Source of the DNA: Callorhinchus milii
Lineage: Eukaryota
Assembly (NCBI RefSeq): GCF_018977255.1
Contig: NW_024704743.1
Coordinates: 112,532,001-112,596,000 of the forward strand
Direction: 5' to 3'
DNA: 64,000 nt
Within the stretch, counting starts at the first letter, position 1. Each line of letters opens with the position of its first letter. Positions 1-10,970 of the stretch are shown one piece after another. The notes beneath the pieces were generated by a model. It did no database searches, was not told the origin of the DNA, and worked only from the letters and a program-made list of their open reading frames with translations. The translations under genes were made by a program, and so were the position numbers.

Positions 1-129
1 CAATGCTTTGGGACTCCAAATTGTGCATTAGGGTTCTATTAGAATTCAACCAGCTAAAAGTTGCCATTATGAACACTTTTTTGTGAACAATGCTGTTCAA
101 CCAACTAGTACTAGGACCAGTCATGATTC

Positions 130-305
130 TGGTCTGGCCCTCCAAGGCCCGCTGATGAGCCAGGCTGACTTGCCTGTCATCAGTGGTGCCCTAGAGTACT
201 GTGGGCCTGCCTGTTTCAGCTCCCAAGACTGCCAGAAAGGATCGATTCAATTCTGGCATTCCGTTGCCAGACAGGTCACCTTGGAGCCAGCTCAGACCAG
301 CAGCC
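130..305. repeat. Unclassified dispersed repeat, copy 1 (inverted relative to 22721-22909)
   Basis: Shares colinear blocks (tgagccaggctgact, cattccgttgcca, aggtcacc, ccagctcag) with the reverse complement of 22721-22909. Confidence 0.7.
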
Positions 306-1034
306 CCACTTACCTCGCTCCCAGAAAAATATTATTTTAATTATTCAAGGTTAATAGTAGCAATACTAATAAAGTTGTGGTGATATGTGAGTAGATTTAT
401 TGCTATGACACAGTATATCCATCTTAGACATAAGACTCTAAAGAGATTTGAATGACAGCACCCCTGAGGTGCAAAGGGAGCCGATGAGGGAACTGGTTGC
501 AGAATAGTGCAATACGTCAATTCTTTATGGAGCCAATACTGCTCAGCTAGCTGTTTCCAGGCTACTTTTGCACTCTTATGTATAAATGTTATAACTGTGC
601 ACAGTTTCCAGCAATACTGTTTTCTCTGCTGGAGTCCACAGAACACTATCGATTTACTCCTGTCTTAAGGTGTGGTCTGAAAGAATGTCTGGCTGATGTT
701 TCTTATGAATTTAAGACAGGATTAAGACACTTCTTACCTAATTCCAGAAAGTATTAGACACAGGTTGGCAAAAGCCAAGGCTTGGGGAGCCCAGAAAACT
801 GTATTGAAAACTTTTGAGAGCACTATTTGAGATCTTCCTGCTGCTTGTCCAGTTAGGACCACTGTTCAGGGTTTGGTTTGTAGTGTTAACAGGAGTTGAG
901 TCAGAAGAATCCCTGTTCCCAGGTCTTCTACTCCAAGTTCTAGCGATAAGCCAAGTTAGTTGGTCTGTCATCAGCAGTGTCCTGGAGCACTGCAGACTGA
1001 CCTGAAACAGGTGCAGGACTGTTGAGACCATCAC

Positions 1035-1354
1035 GGAGTCCTGTAGCTCATTGGTTAGAGCACTCGCTTTGCAAGCGAGAGACCTGAGTTCAATTCCAGG
1101 CAGGGCGAAACCTTGGGCAAGTTTCCTTACTCCACACGCCTAATAATAATCCCTCCAAAACCAAAAACAATAATAAAATTGGTCATTTTCAATCTACAAC
1201 TGTTTGTGGGACATTGCTGTGCGCAATTGGCTGCCGCGTTCGCCCACAAATATACAGTCAATTCACTTTACAGTGTGTTCTGTGAAGCGCTTTGGGATGT
1301 CCTCCCGACGTCAAAAGCGCTATATCAAATGCAAGGATTATTATTATTATTATT
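1035..1354 (+). mobile_element. SINE family A (tRNA-Ala-like head, CORE-like box, Deu 3' segment, L2-like tail), young short subtype
   Basis: Pol III A/B boxes TAGCTCATTGG and GAGTTCAATTCC, (ATT)n tail, ATCAC direct repeat at 1030-1034 and 1355-1359. Confidence 0.9.
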
Positions 1355-1554
1355 ATCACAGAAGATAGACTTGAATGTGACATTCTGTTGCCAAACACGC
1401 TAGCTCAGCTTCACTGAGACCCCACTTATACCCACCCTCTTTCGCCCCCAATTAGAATAGTCCCTTATTTGCAGAAGAAATATAGGTGCATCATTTTTGC
1501 AAATTTCTGCGATATAAGACTTGAATTATAAGATTAATTTGAATATAAGACCTC

Positions 1555-1738
1555 CTTAGCCTCCTTCAAGTCCCACCTCAAGACCCTCCTCTTCGACCAT
1601 GCCATCGGCCATCCACCTTCCCCTCCCTTCCCCTCCCGACTCCAGCTCGGATCTGAAGTGCTATACTCTGTACAGCGCCTTGGGACGACCTCCCAACGTG
1701 AAAGGCGCTATACAAATGTAATTTTGTTGTTGTTGTTG
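1555..1738 (+). mobile_element. L2 LINE 3' end fragment
   Basis: ctcaagaccctcctcttcgacc ... cagcgccttgggacg...aaaggcgctata, then a (GTT)n tail. Same tail as 14501-15298. Confidence 0.8.
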
Positions 1739-2055
1739 AATGCAATTCACTTTAAAGCCAAGGAATGCAGATACAAACACTTTAGCAGTGATCCATTATA
1801 AGTGTACACCACCAAATGTCAATTAATTTATTGACAAGCAGACAGTCTTCATTGTAGGTATAACTGTAATCTATATTGGAATCTACAACAATTTCTGTAC
1901 ATCACAGGTGTTGCTTACTTAGAATTTGACAAGGCACTGTATATTTAAGTTAAATTGTATTGTCACTCCTTGTTCAGTCAAGTCATTTTCTGCTGCACCG
2001 TAATCTTCTGTTATGACTTTGACACAGATTTCCTTTAAACATCCTGTGCTTCTAA

Positions 2056-3030
2056 TAATAATCCTTGCATTTGATATAGCAGGTTATCAGTTATCAAAAC
2101 ATCTCAAAGCCCTTCACACAATATTATTATAAAATATAGTTAGTGACTGTTTTTGCAGGAGAAAGTGCCAGCCTAGCTGCACACAGCAATTTTCTATGTT
2201 CATGAGGTGAATTATCGATTTTATTAATGGGATTGTTGACCAATACATCAAGAGAAACTTTCAAATAGTGCCTTGAGATCTTTAACATCCTCCCGAACAG
2301 ACAAATGGAACCTTTGTTTAATGTCTCATCCAACAACAGCAGCATCACAGAGAGTTTGATAATGGCGGAGCATAGAAACATAGAAACAGGAGTTTTCTCC
2401 TGTTAGAAACATAGAAACATAGAATTCAGCCGCTCAAGCCTGTTAATACCTTGACCTAACAAATATCTATCCACCTTAGTCTTGCAGATGTGAATGAGTC
2501 CAGCATCAGCAGCCTTTTGGGGAGAGAGATCTAGATTTCCACTACCTTTTGGGTGAAAAACTGCCTCCTAATTTCACGCCTAGCTCTAATTTTAAGATTA
2601 TGCTCGCTTGTTCTGGATTCGCCTACCAGCGGAAATAGTTTCTCTGTATCTACCCTATCAAATCCCTTTATAATTTTAAAAACCTCAATCAGATCACCCC
2701 CCAACCTTCTAATATTCAAGGGAATAGAGACCAGGTTTATGCAACCTGTCCTCATAATTTAACCCTTTAAGCCTGGTATCATTCTATGTTGAACCCCTTC
2801 CAGGGCCAATATATCCTTCCTGAGGTGCAGTGCCCAAACCTGAATGCAGTACTCCAGATGGGGTTTGACCAAAGCTCTATCCAGTTGAAGCATGACTCCA
2901 AAGGACAACACCTCTGACAATGCAGCACCTTAAGCACTGCACTGCAGTGTCAACCTAGACTATGAGCTCAAAGTCTCGATGTGGACCTGGCTCAGAGGCA
3001 AGATTGCAATCAACTGAACCAGATTGACAT
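2056..3030 (-). mobile_element. SINE family B (SacSINE1-like DeuSINE), split by a CR1 insertion at ~2334-2896
   Basis: Halves tgtttaatgtctcatccaa and tccaaaggacaacacctctgacaatgcagc are contiguous in intact copies such as 4252-4660. TCCAA is duplicated at 2329-2333 and 2897-2901. Confidence 0.75.
2371..2896 (-). mobile_element. CR1 LINE 3' fragment
   Basis: ORF 2531..2755 RRLGGDLIEVFKIIKGFDRVDTEKLFPLVGESRT is CR1 ORF2 C-terminus. (TTTCTATG)n tail. Confidence 0.88.
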
Positions 3031-3036
3031 TTGATA

Positions 3037-3167
3037 AAGGACAAAATACTGCAGATACTGGAAATCTGAAATAAAAACAGAAGTCTCTGGGAACACTCAG
3101 CAGGTCAGGCAGCATCTATGGAGAGAGGAAAGTGAGTTAACATTTCAGGTTGATGACCTTTCATCCA
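3037..3167 (-). mobile_element. Short Penelope-type terminal fragment with degenerate hammerhead motif
   Basis: cagcaggtcaggcagcatctatggag matches the reverse complement of ~47702-47727. Flanked by the 10-bp direct repeat ACATTTGATA (3027-3036, 3168-3177). Confidence 0.6.
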
Positions 3168-3744
3168 ACATTTGATACCAGCTGCCTTTTACATTCTATA
3201 ATGTCCTTGGGAATATGGTTATATTAGTTTGTTATTTATGCTAGTTTAGCTTCTTCCAATACAAAAGTTGCAAGAGTATGTGGAGAAACCTAATACTGTC
3301 CTCACTTTTTTTATAAAATGGACCAACATTCATAATGTTCTCTAAGAAATGCAGCCTTTTACTTTTAGTCAAGTGTTTTGGCAGTTTAGTGCTCATGAAC
3401 CTTGTTAAACCTCAAATGACTCATTAAGGTGGGAATTTTCATAATATCAACTATTAGCTTACCATTGGGCTGTATGATTTCTTGTCCAGTGGCCAAATTC
3501 TTTGCAGAACAACTCTCCTTTGAGGACACATAGTGAGGTGATTTGGGAGCTCTTCCATTCAAGAGTGTCCTTGTCTTGGGTGTATTGAAATTAGATCCAA
3601 GCACAATGTCCCTGGAAATGTTCCTGGTTCAGCAGTTTGATTGCGTGTGTACAACAGCATGGCTAATAACATGGAGCCAAATGTCTCAAATAACTCAGAT
3701 GCTAAAGAATTTGATCCCTTGAACTTTATTCATCTCATAGCATC

Positions 3745-4114
3745 TTCTTGCTCAGTGGTTAGAGCACTCGCCTCGCAAGCGAGAGACCTAGGTTTGATTC
3801 CTGGGAGGGCCAAATGTTGGGCAAGTTTCCTTACTCCGTATGCCTCTGCTTACCAAACAGTAAGTAGGAACTCGGTTGGTGGATTGCTTTTCTGGGGGTA
3901 ATAATTCGTTCAAAAATAATAATAATAATAATAATAAATTGGTGACTCAATCTACAACTGTTTGTGGGACACTAGTGTGTGCAATTGGTTGCCAAGTTTT
4001 GCCCATAAAATATACAGTCAATTCACTTTACAGCATATTCTGTGAAGGGCTTTGAAACATCTTGAAGATATGATAAAGTGCTATATCAAATGCAAGGATT
4101 GTTATATTATTATT
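3745..4114 (+). mobile_element. SINE family A, long subtype
   Basis: tRNA head with CTCGC-CT-CGC-AA-GCGAG arm, retains the cagtaagtaggaac segment, (ATT)n tail. Confidence 0.85.
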
Positions 4115-4251
4115 CTGCTTAGCTCTATTGGTGTTACAATCTTGTCTCCCTCAGATGCATTTGGACCAACTTACACACTTTTCGAGTTTGCTTGTTTTCC
4201 ATATCCCTCGCACCTGCTTCACTTCTCCTTACAAAGATCATCAGTTGTCTG

Positions 4252-4660
4252 AATAATCCTTGTATTTGGTTTAGTACCAAATTGTGTTGTTGAATCATCT
4301 CAAAGCACTCTACAGGATTTCCTGTAAAGTGTATTGAGTGTATTCATAAGTCAACTCAGCAGCCAATATCCCAATATGTCCCACAAACAGCCATAACCAA
4401 ATATATCTGGGCAATTCTTGGCCAGGACACTTGGAGAAACTGACTTGTCATTTCATGTTGTGGTATCACATCCGCTTGAACAAGCAGATAGGACCATGTT
4501 TTAATTAATGTCTCATCCAAAGAATAGTACCTCTAACAATGCAGCACTCCTTAACAACGCACTGGTGTGTCAGCTGTTAGCTCAAAGACCCGATATGGGG
4601 CTTGAAACCACAAATATCTGACTCAGAGACGAGAGTGCTGCCAAATGAGCCAGGCAGACA
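4252..4660 (-). mobile_element. SINE family B (DeuSINE)
   Basis: tRNA head ggggcttgaaaccaca...ctgactcagag and Deu-like body atgtctcatccaaag...aatgcagcactcc. Confidence 0.75.
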
Positions 4661-5579
4661 TTTTTTTTTGCAGAGTAGAATATACCTTATGAAGTTCAGC
4701 AATACAGAAGTCAGCAAATGTATTACAACTTTTAGCAAAGCTCCATATTAATGATACAAATGTAAAATTGAAGAACAGTACATACAATAAGAATAATATT
4801 GAAGAGCTATCTTTACTTCAGCAAGTAATTCTCAGTTGGCTACTATGGTTCCCCCTTGGATGCATAAAAGGGATTTTTTTTTCGCAAGTTGCAGCTCCAA
4901 TACTGGCTTCAATGGACCAAGTTCAATTCAAACTGGTTCTGCTGAAAGGTTTGCAGTTATTATAGTCAGAGAAGCTAATTTTACATTACAGTGTTATTTC
5001 TCATACTCAGGGGCTATTTGATTTGACATTTCCTCTGATTGCACCAAACAACCTTATGAATCACACATTGTCTAAAACAACAATTAAGATACCGTATTAA
5101 TAGAAATATTCAAAACTTCTTTCTTAGACAAGACAATTGCACTGAGAAACGAGGCTCCAACCAGTCCTAGCTTATAAGACATTTTGATTAAAAAATGTTC
5201 AAATTGGCATAGATTAGTGGAAACTTCTTAAATGGAGCTTTAATTTGGAATTTATTTTTTCAACATTCTTAAAAAGTACCTGCTTCTGGATTGAATTAAA
5301 GTTTTTCTACGTTGAATTAAAAACTCAATTAAAGAATTTTCTACAAATCTGTATGATCTTAAATCTAAAGACAAAATAACCTTTGGTTAGGTGGTATTTT
5401 GAGCTTGTGATATGATAGAAGTTGCTAAATGGAACAGAATGGATTTAATACTATAATAAGGGACAAACAATATGCCTAGAAGTACTTTCCTGAGATTACA
5501 TATGCTCCCCAGGCAAAGCACATACATTCCACACAGTCTGGATGACGTGTGTGAACAATAGCACCTGTGTCTATGGGTT

Positions 5580-5880
5580 AGAAGGCTGTAGCCTCAAGCC
5601 CCACATCAGGACTTGAACTCACAAGACATACACTCCAGTAAAGGGATGCCTTTTTGCCGGTGGGACATTAAATCACTTTTCAGGTGGATGTTATTTAAAA
5701 AGAGAAGGGAATCTCTCCCGATGTCCTGGCCTGTATACACATCTTGATGCATTGGTTATTTATCTTAAGGTTGTGGGATCTTGCTGTGTGCAAAATTATT
5801 GCCTCATCTGCCTACAAAACAGTCACTATGTTTGACAGTAATTACACATTCCAACGTAATAGCACTATGAAAATGCGATT
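5580..5880 (+). mobile_element. Degenerate SINE family B (DeuSINE)
   Basis: caagccccacatcaggacttgaac, ttcaggtggatg, tgtgggatcttgctgtgtgcaaa. Confidence 0.65.
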
Positions 5881-6154
5881 TCTTTCTTTGATTTTAGAGA
5901 TATCCATCACCTGCTTAGGTGCAGGAAAAAAAAATCTCTAAGCCTAGGAAGTATTTAAACTGAGGCCCCATCTGTCTGTCGCGTTTCGCCCACAAAACAC
6001 ACAGTGAACACACTTTACAGTATACCTTGTAAAGCACTTTAAGACATCTCAGCGACATGGTAAGGTGCTATATCAAATGTAAGGATTATTATCATTATCC
6101 TCACATTCATTAAGAATTGAAGGGTTAAATGCACACATTCAAGAAGCATGGGTT

Positions 6155-6484
6155 ATAATAATAATAACAATAATAATAATAATAATAATAATCCTTGCAT
6201 TTGATATAGCGCTTTTCATGTTGGGTGGACATCCCAAAGCGCTTCACAGAACACACTGTAAAGTGAATTGACTGTATATTTGTGGGCGAACACAGCAGCC
6301 AATTGCACACAGCAATGTCCCACAAACAGTCGTAGATTGAAAATGACCAATTTATTATTGTTTTTGGAGGGATTATTATTAGGTGAGTGGAGTAAGAAAA
6401 CTTGCCCAAGGTTTCGCCCTGTCTGGAATTGAACTCAGGTCTCTCACTTGCAAAGTGAGTGCTCTAACCACTGAGCTACAGGAC
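6155..6484 (-). mobile_element. SINE family A, young short subtype
   Basis: Reverse complement of the 1035-1354 element over its full length. Confidence 0.9.
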
Positions 6485-6812
6485 AAGACGTAATTCTCCC
6501 CTAAAAGCTTAATGTTGTCCCTTGGGGTGCAGTTATTTAAGGCACTCCTACTGCATTGAATAGCTTTGTAATGTACACTCAACAAGCTCAGAGATGACTT
6601 GGGAAAGGGATGCCAGTGATTTCACAGCATTGAACTTGATGTTTTGCAACACCAAACTCAGCTCTGTCAAGAATTTTCTACCCTCTGCAGATGGCTGTAA
6701 AAGGGAAAGAAACTCATAGGAAATGCTTCCATAGAGTTCTAAGAAGGTTCATCAGATGTATTCAAGATGTGACTGAACCATAAAGAAGGTCCAACCCTCA
6801 ATCCCTCATCAA

Positions 6813-6996
6813 AGTAATAATAATAATTTGGTGACTCAATCCACAACTGTTTGTGAGACACTGCTGTGCGTAATTGGCTGCCGCGTTTCGCCCACAAAAT
6901 ATACAGTCAATTCACTTTATAGTACATTCTGTGAACTGCTTTGTGATGTCTCGAAGATGTGATAAGGCGCTGTATCAAATGCAAGGATTATTATTA
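6813..6996 (+). mobile_element. SINE family A, 5'-truncated
   Basis: Deu segment ctgctgtgcgtaattggctgccgcgtttcgccc plus tail. Confidence 0.8.
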
Positions 6997-7261
6997 AAGT
7001 TCAGTTAGCTGATCTCAGTCAGAGCATCAGTGTGTGTGTCGGGTGGGGGTGGGGGCGGGGTGAGTGGGTGGGTGTTACAGTTAGCATCAGTACTCCTGGT
7101 TAGGCAGGGGGAATCAAGCACGGGTTCTCATTCCTGATCTGCAACTGTTCGAGTTTAGCTGAAGATGGAAAAATATCTCCAAGTATAATAATCGATGTTT
7201 GCTTTTGTAATTTTTTTCACTCGTTTGTTTTAGAAATGTGTGGTGGTTGTAATGATATGTC

Positions 7262-7330
7262 TTTTAAGCGCTCTGAGACGCTACCCTGCGTGGAAGGCGC
7301 TATGTAAGTGCAAGTTGTTGTTGTTTTTAT
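7262..7330 (+). mobile_element. L2 3' tail only
   Basis: agcgctctgagacgctaccctgcgtggaaggcgctat, then (GTT)n. Confidence 0.7.
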
Positions 7331-7980
7331 TATCTTGCTTGAAATGAGCTTTTCAACACCTACATAAACTTCTAGCTTGTAAATCCTGTTCAGTGTTTCA
7401 AATAACCGAAAGTATCCACTAATTTTGTGCCTCTTCTCATTCTCCTCTTCCCTCTCCCAGATCACATAACAGCACATCTTTAACAATCTGGTATTTATTC
7501 CAGACCCTTTATTATCTGTTGCTAACTGGAATCTGGAGAATGGAATCTTAATGTGTTAGCCATCTGATTTAACGTGGGATCGATCCTCAGACGTATTATT
7601 GACTATTAAGGTCCTGTAATATTCATTTTCATATCCATTTCAAACTGTGGAATTCTAGCTATCTTAGCATTTGGCATTATGAAACATTAACAAGGGCAAC
7701 TAGCAAACAGCAAGAACAGAACACTACTTCTGGGTAGAACTGTTAAGTTGACTGCTATAGGGTTGAGGTGACCATTTGTCTGGGTTAAAAAATCCTAGAT
7801 TAGAAAATGACAGTCAAAATTCATGTTAATATAAGATTACTGACGAACTGAGTGAACTACTAACCTGAATCTATATTTGGTAAAACAAAAAAGGAGAAAG
7901 CATCTTTAACTACTTGTTAAAAACTGGTTAGTTACATTTGATACCTTTTAAAAGAATTTGAAATGAAAGAAACATATTTC

Positions 7981-8113
7981 ATAATAATAATCCTTGCATT
8001 TGATATAGCGCCTTATCACGTTGTTGAGATGTCTTAAAGCACTTCACAAAATAGACTGTGAAGTGAATTGACTGTGTACTCTGTGGCTGAAACGCGGCAG
8101 CCAATTGCGCACA
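7981..8113 (-). mobile_element. SINE family A 3' part
   Basis: ataataataatccttgcatttgatatagcgcc ... gcggcagccaattgcgcacag. Confidence 0.8.
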
Positions 8114-8914
8114 GTTTTTGCTTTCAAATCTTTTCTGCGTCACTTTACTGAGTGCCTGTGGCTCTCGTGATGCCTCTCGTGACACAGGTTATAGATGCGA
8201 CTGGCTGTTGAGCAGTGTCTTCCTGAAAGCAACAGAGTCAAGAGATGTTCGGCGAGTGAACTGGCCTCATCCAGGCAACTACAGTATTACAATCTGTATG
8301 GTATTAACTAACTTTAATGGTGCTTAGGAACTTTTGTTATATTCAAATGGCTGCTTACCAGCTAGTAATTGCTCATGGAAAACCGTTCCCTTGGCAAATA
8401 CAATTACTGTATAAACAAGTTAGTGTCCAGTGCCAGCTTTAGATATTTCATCAAGTCTTGCCTGAGGCTATAAATTTTGATTTCTGTAATAAGGCAAGTA
8501 ATGGCAGTCCAGCCTTATACTTGGCACTTGACATTCTCTTGATGGATGACAGTGGAAAGGAGTACATACATAAGATGAAAAACAGAGCCATAACATGACA
8601 TCAGCCATATGTGACCTCATTTCTCCCCCCAAAAAACAGCCTAACAAATATCCTTTCCAAATCTGTCTTCAAAGGAAATTTACTTTCTCTTGTTCAGTGT
8701 ATCGTTTGTATTCATGAAAGCAAAATACTGTTTTAAGATAAAAGAAAATGTTTCACCACAGCTTGTATGATTCAGTCCTATGTGTGTTTAAACTACTGCA
8801 CTGCAGATATAATAATAATACACATTACAAGTGCAAAGTCGGTTTATCAAAACGTCAGTAGCAGCTGATAACAAGGTAGATCTGGATTTCCAGAGACTTT
8901 TAAAACTGTTTTAG

Positions 8915-9270
8915 GAGGGAACTGGTTCTTATAGTGGGTTAGCACATTATCCTATCACTGGGACTTGGATTCAAGTCCCACACAACCCACAATCTCCCCT
9001 GTGCCAGTGCAAAAATAACTTGCAAATTGCTTTGGTTAGTCTCAACCCACCTTTTTGTATGCATGTACAGACAGCTTGAAATGGCCCATTATTCATCACA
9101 GTCTGGCAATCTTACTGAGATAGACAATAAGGATAATTGGTGTGGGAAGTGGAAATCTGTACCTTGTTGCCATTCAGATTGATTTTTAGAGGTGCAAGCG
9201 CATTGTTAGCGGAAGCTCTTCTGTAAATCGGACTTGCATTATGCCTGACCTGGGATCTGCAGCCATTGGG
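8915..9270 (+). mobile_element. Ancient tRNA-derived SINE, LF-SINE-like
   Basis: Degenerate tRNA head (tagtgggttagcac...ggattcaagtccc), then blocks tttggttagtctcaaccca, ctggcaatctta, gcgcattg...ggaagct and tgcctgacctggga, colinear with the LF-SINE consensus as recalled. Confidence 0.45.
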
Positions 9271-9842
9271 ATCTTGTCTGGGCAGACTGAGTCAATGAGT
9301 TATAAGCAAAGATGGAAATTCAATAATAATATGTGAAGCGCCAGTCAGTAAGGGTGTTGAGTGTGCTGTGGTTGAATGGGTTGTGATATCTAACGCATGG
9401 TCAGCAATCGAAGGAAGACAAGGTTTTACAGTAGTTCTGAGTAAACAAGAATAATTTTCAATTAATATAAACCTTTCACAAAGCACTTCACACAGGCGAC
9501 TGGGAGACTGGGTGGGGGAAGAGGGGAGAAGCTGAGGGTGGGGGGGATCAAAAGCAGAATCAAAAAGACAGGTCTTAAGGTAGGTTGTGAAGGTGGGGAG
9601 GCAAGGGTCAAGGCAGAGGGACGCAGAGCTGAAAAGTTGATTTTTTTTTGGTCAGCCACGAGTCGGATACACTGGAAACCCAACACCAAGCTTAAAAGTA
9701 TCCAAACCAGACTGAGTTCCACATGTGTATACACCGCTTGTGTATGGAATGGTATGTGCGCTCTCTTGCTTGAGGGATCCACACTGATAAGTTGGTGCTG
9801 CACACAGGATTGGACTTCAGTTTCAGAGAGCAGAGAGAGTAG

Positions 9843-9862
9843 AATAATAATAATAATAATAA

Positions 9863-9893
<31 letters not shown>

Positions 9894-10199
9894 AAGAATC
9901 CTTGCATTTGATATAGCGCTTTTCACATCTTCTCAATGTCTCAAAGCGCTTCACAGAATACGCTGTAAAGTGAATTGACTGTATATTTATGGGCGAAAAG
10001 CAGCAGCCAATTGCGCATAGCAGTGTCCCACAAACAGTCGTGGATTGAAAATGACCAATTTATTATTGCTTTGTTTTGGAGGGATTATTATTAGGCATGT
10101 GGAGTAAGGAAACTTGCCCAAGGTTTCGCCCTGCCTGGAATTGAACCCAGGTGTCTCGCTTGCAAGACGAGTGCTCTAACCACTGAGTAATAGGACTCC
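9843..10199 (-). mobile_element. SINE family A with compound (AAT)n(AAG)n tail microsatellite
   Basis: Full head-to-tail match. Tail 9843-9898 has expanded into AAT and AAG triplets. Confidence 0.9.
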
Positions 10200-10627
10200 A
10201 TGTATGAATGTATGAAAGTTTATCCACCAATGGTGAGTTGGATTGGACGGGGAACACAAATCCCAATCTTAAAGTGTAATTTAAATAATACAAACAGGCT
10301 AATACAATTGTGGAGAGTGCTTCAAAATATCATAAACAAAAGTCATTCACATTTGGGTTTAGTTTGTGCGATTGGCAAAAGGATTTATGTGTAGCAGATG
10401 CTGCAGGATCAGATGGGCCTCCTTCATCCAAACCAATCTTTTGATCTTGTGAATAAGAATACCTCTGAAAGATTCATCGATTTGTCTCTGCCACTAGAAT
10501 ACTGAAAAATTCACCTTCTTGTTAGAATTGAATTGCATCAACAAACTGAAAGATGCAATGGCCTTGCTGATGATCTTGAGCTTCTCCAATCATTCCTCAT
10601 ATCTCTTCCCTCCAATGCTGGGTATGG

Positions 10628-10970
10628 GTGGAGCCCCGTAGCTTAGTGGTTAGAGCACTTGCCTCGCAAGCGAGAGGACTTGGTCTCACTTCCCAGGTAG
10701 GGCAAAACCTTAGGCAAGTTTCCTTACTCCACATTCTTCTGTTTACCTCGCAGTGAGTAGTATTATCCCTGGATCACTTTCCGGGGATAATAATCCCTCA
10801 AACAAAAATTGGGTCACTCAATCCACTACTGTTTTAGGAACACTGCTGCGCGCAATTGGCTGCCGTGTTTCACCCACAGTCAATTTACTTTACAGTATAT
10901 TCTGTGAAGAGCTTTGAGATGTCTCAAAGATGTGATAAGGCACTATATCAAATGCAAGGATTATTATTAT
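10628..10970 (+). mobile_element. SINE family A, long subtype
   Basis: gtggagccccgtagcttagtggttagag head, CORE-like box and (ATT)n tail. Confidence 0.85.

Noticed and set aside
9462..9978. ORFs with poly-Leu/Ile/Arg/Phe runs resembling signal or membrane peptides
   Set aside because: The runs come from the (AAT)n(AAG)n SINE tail.
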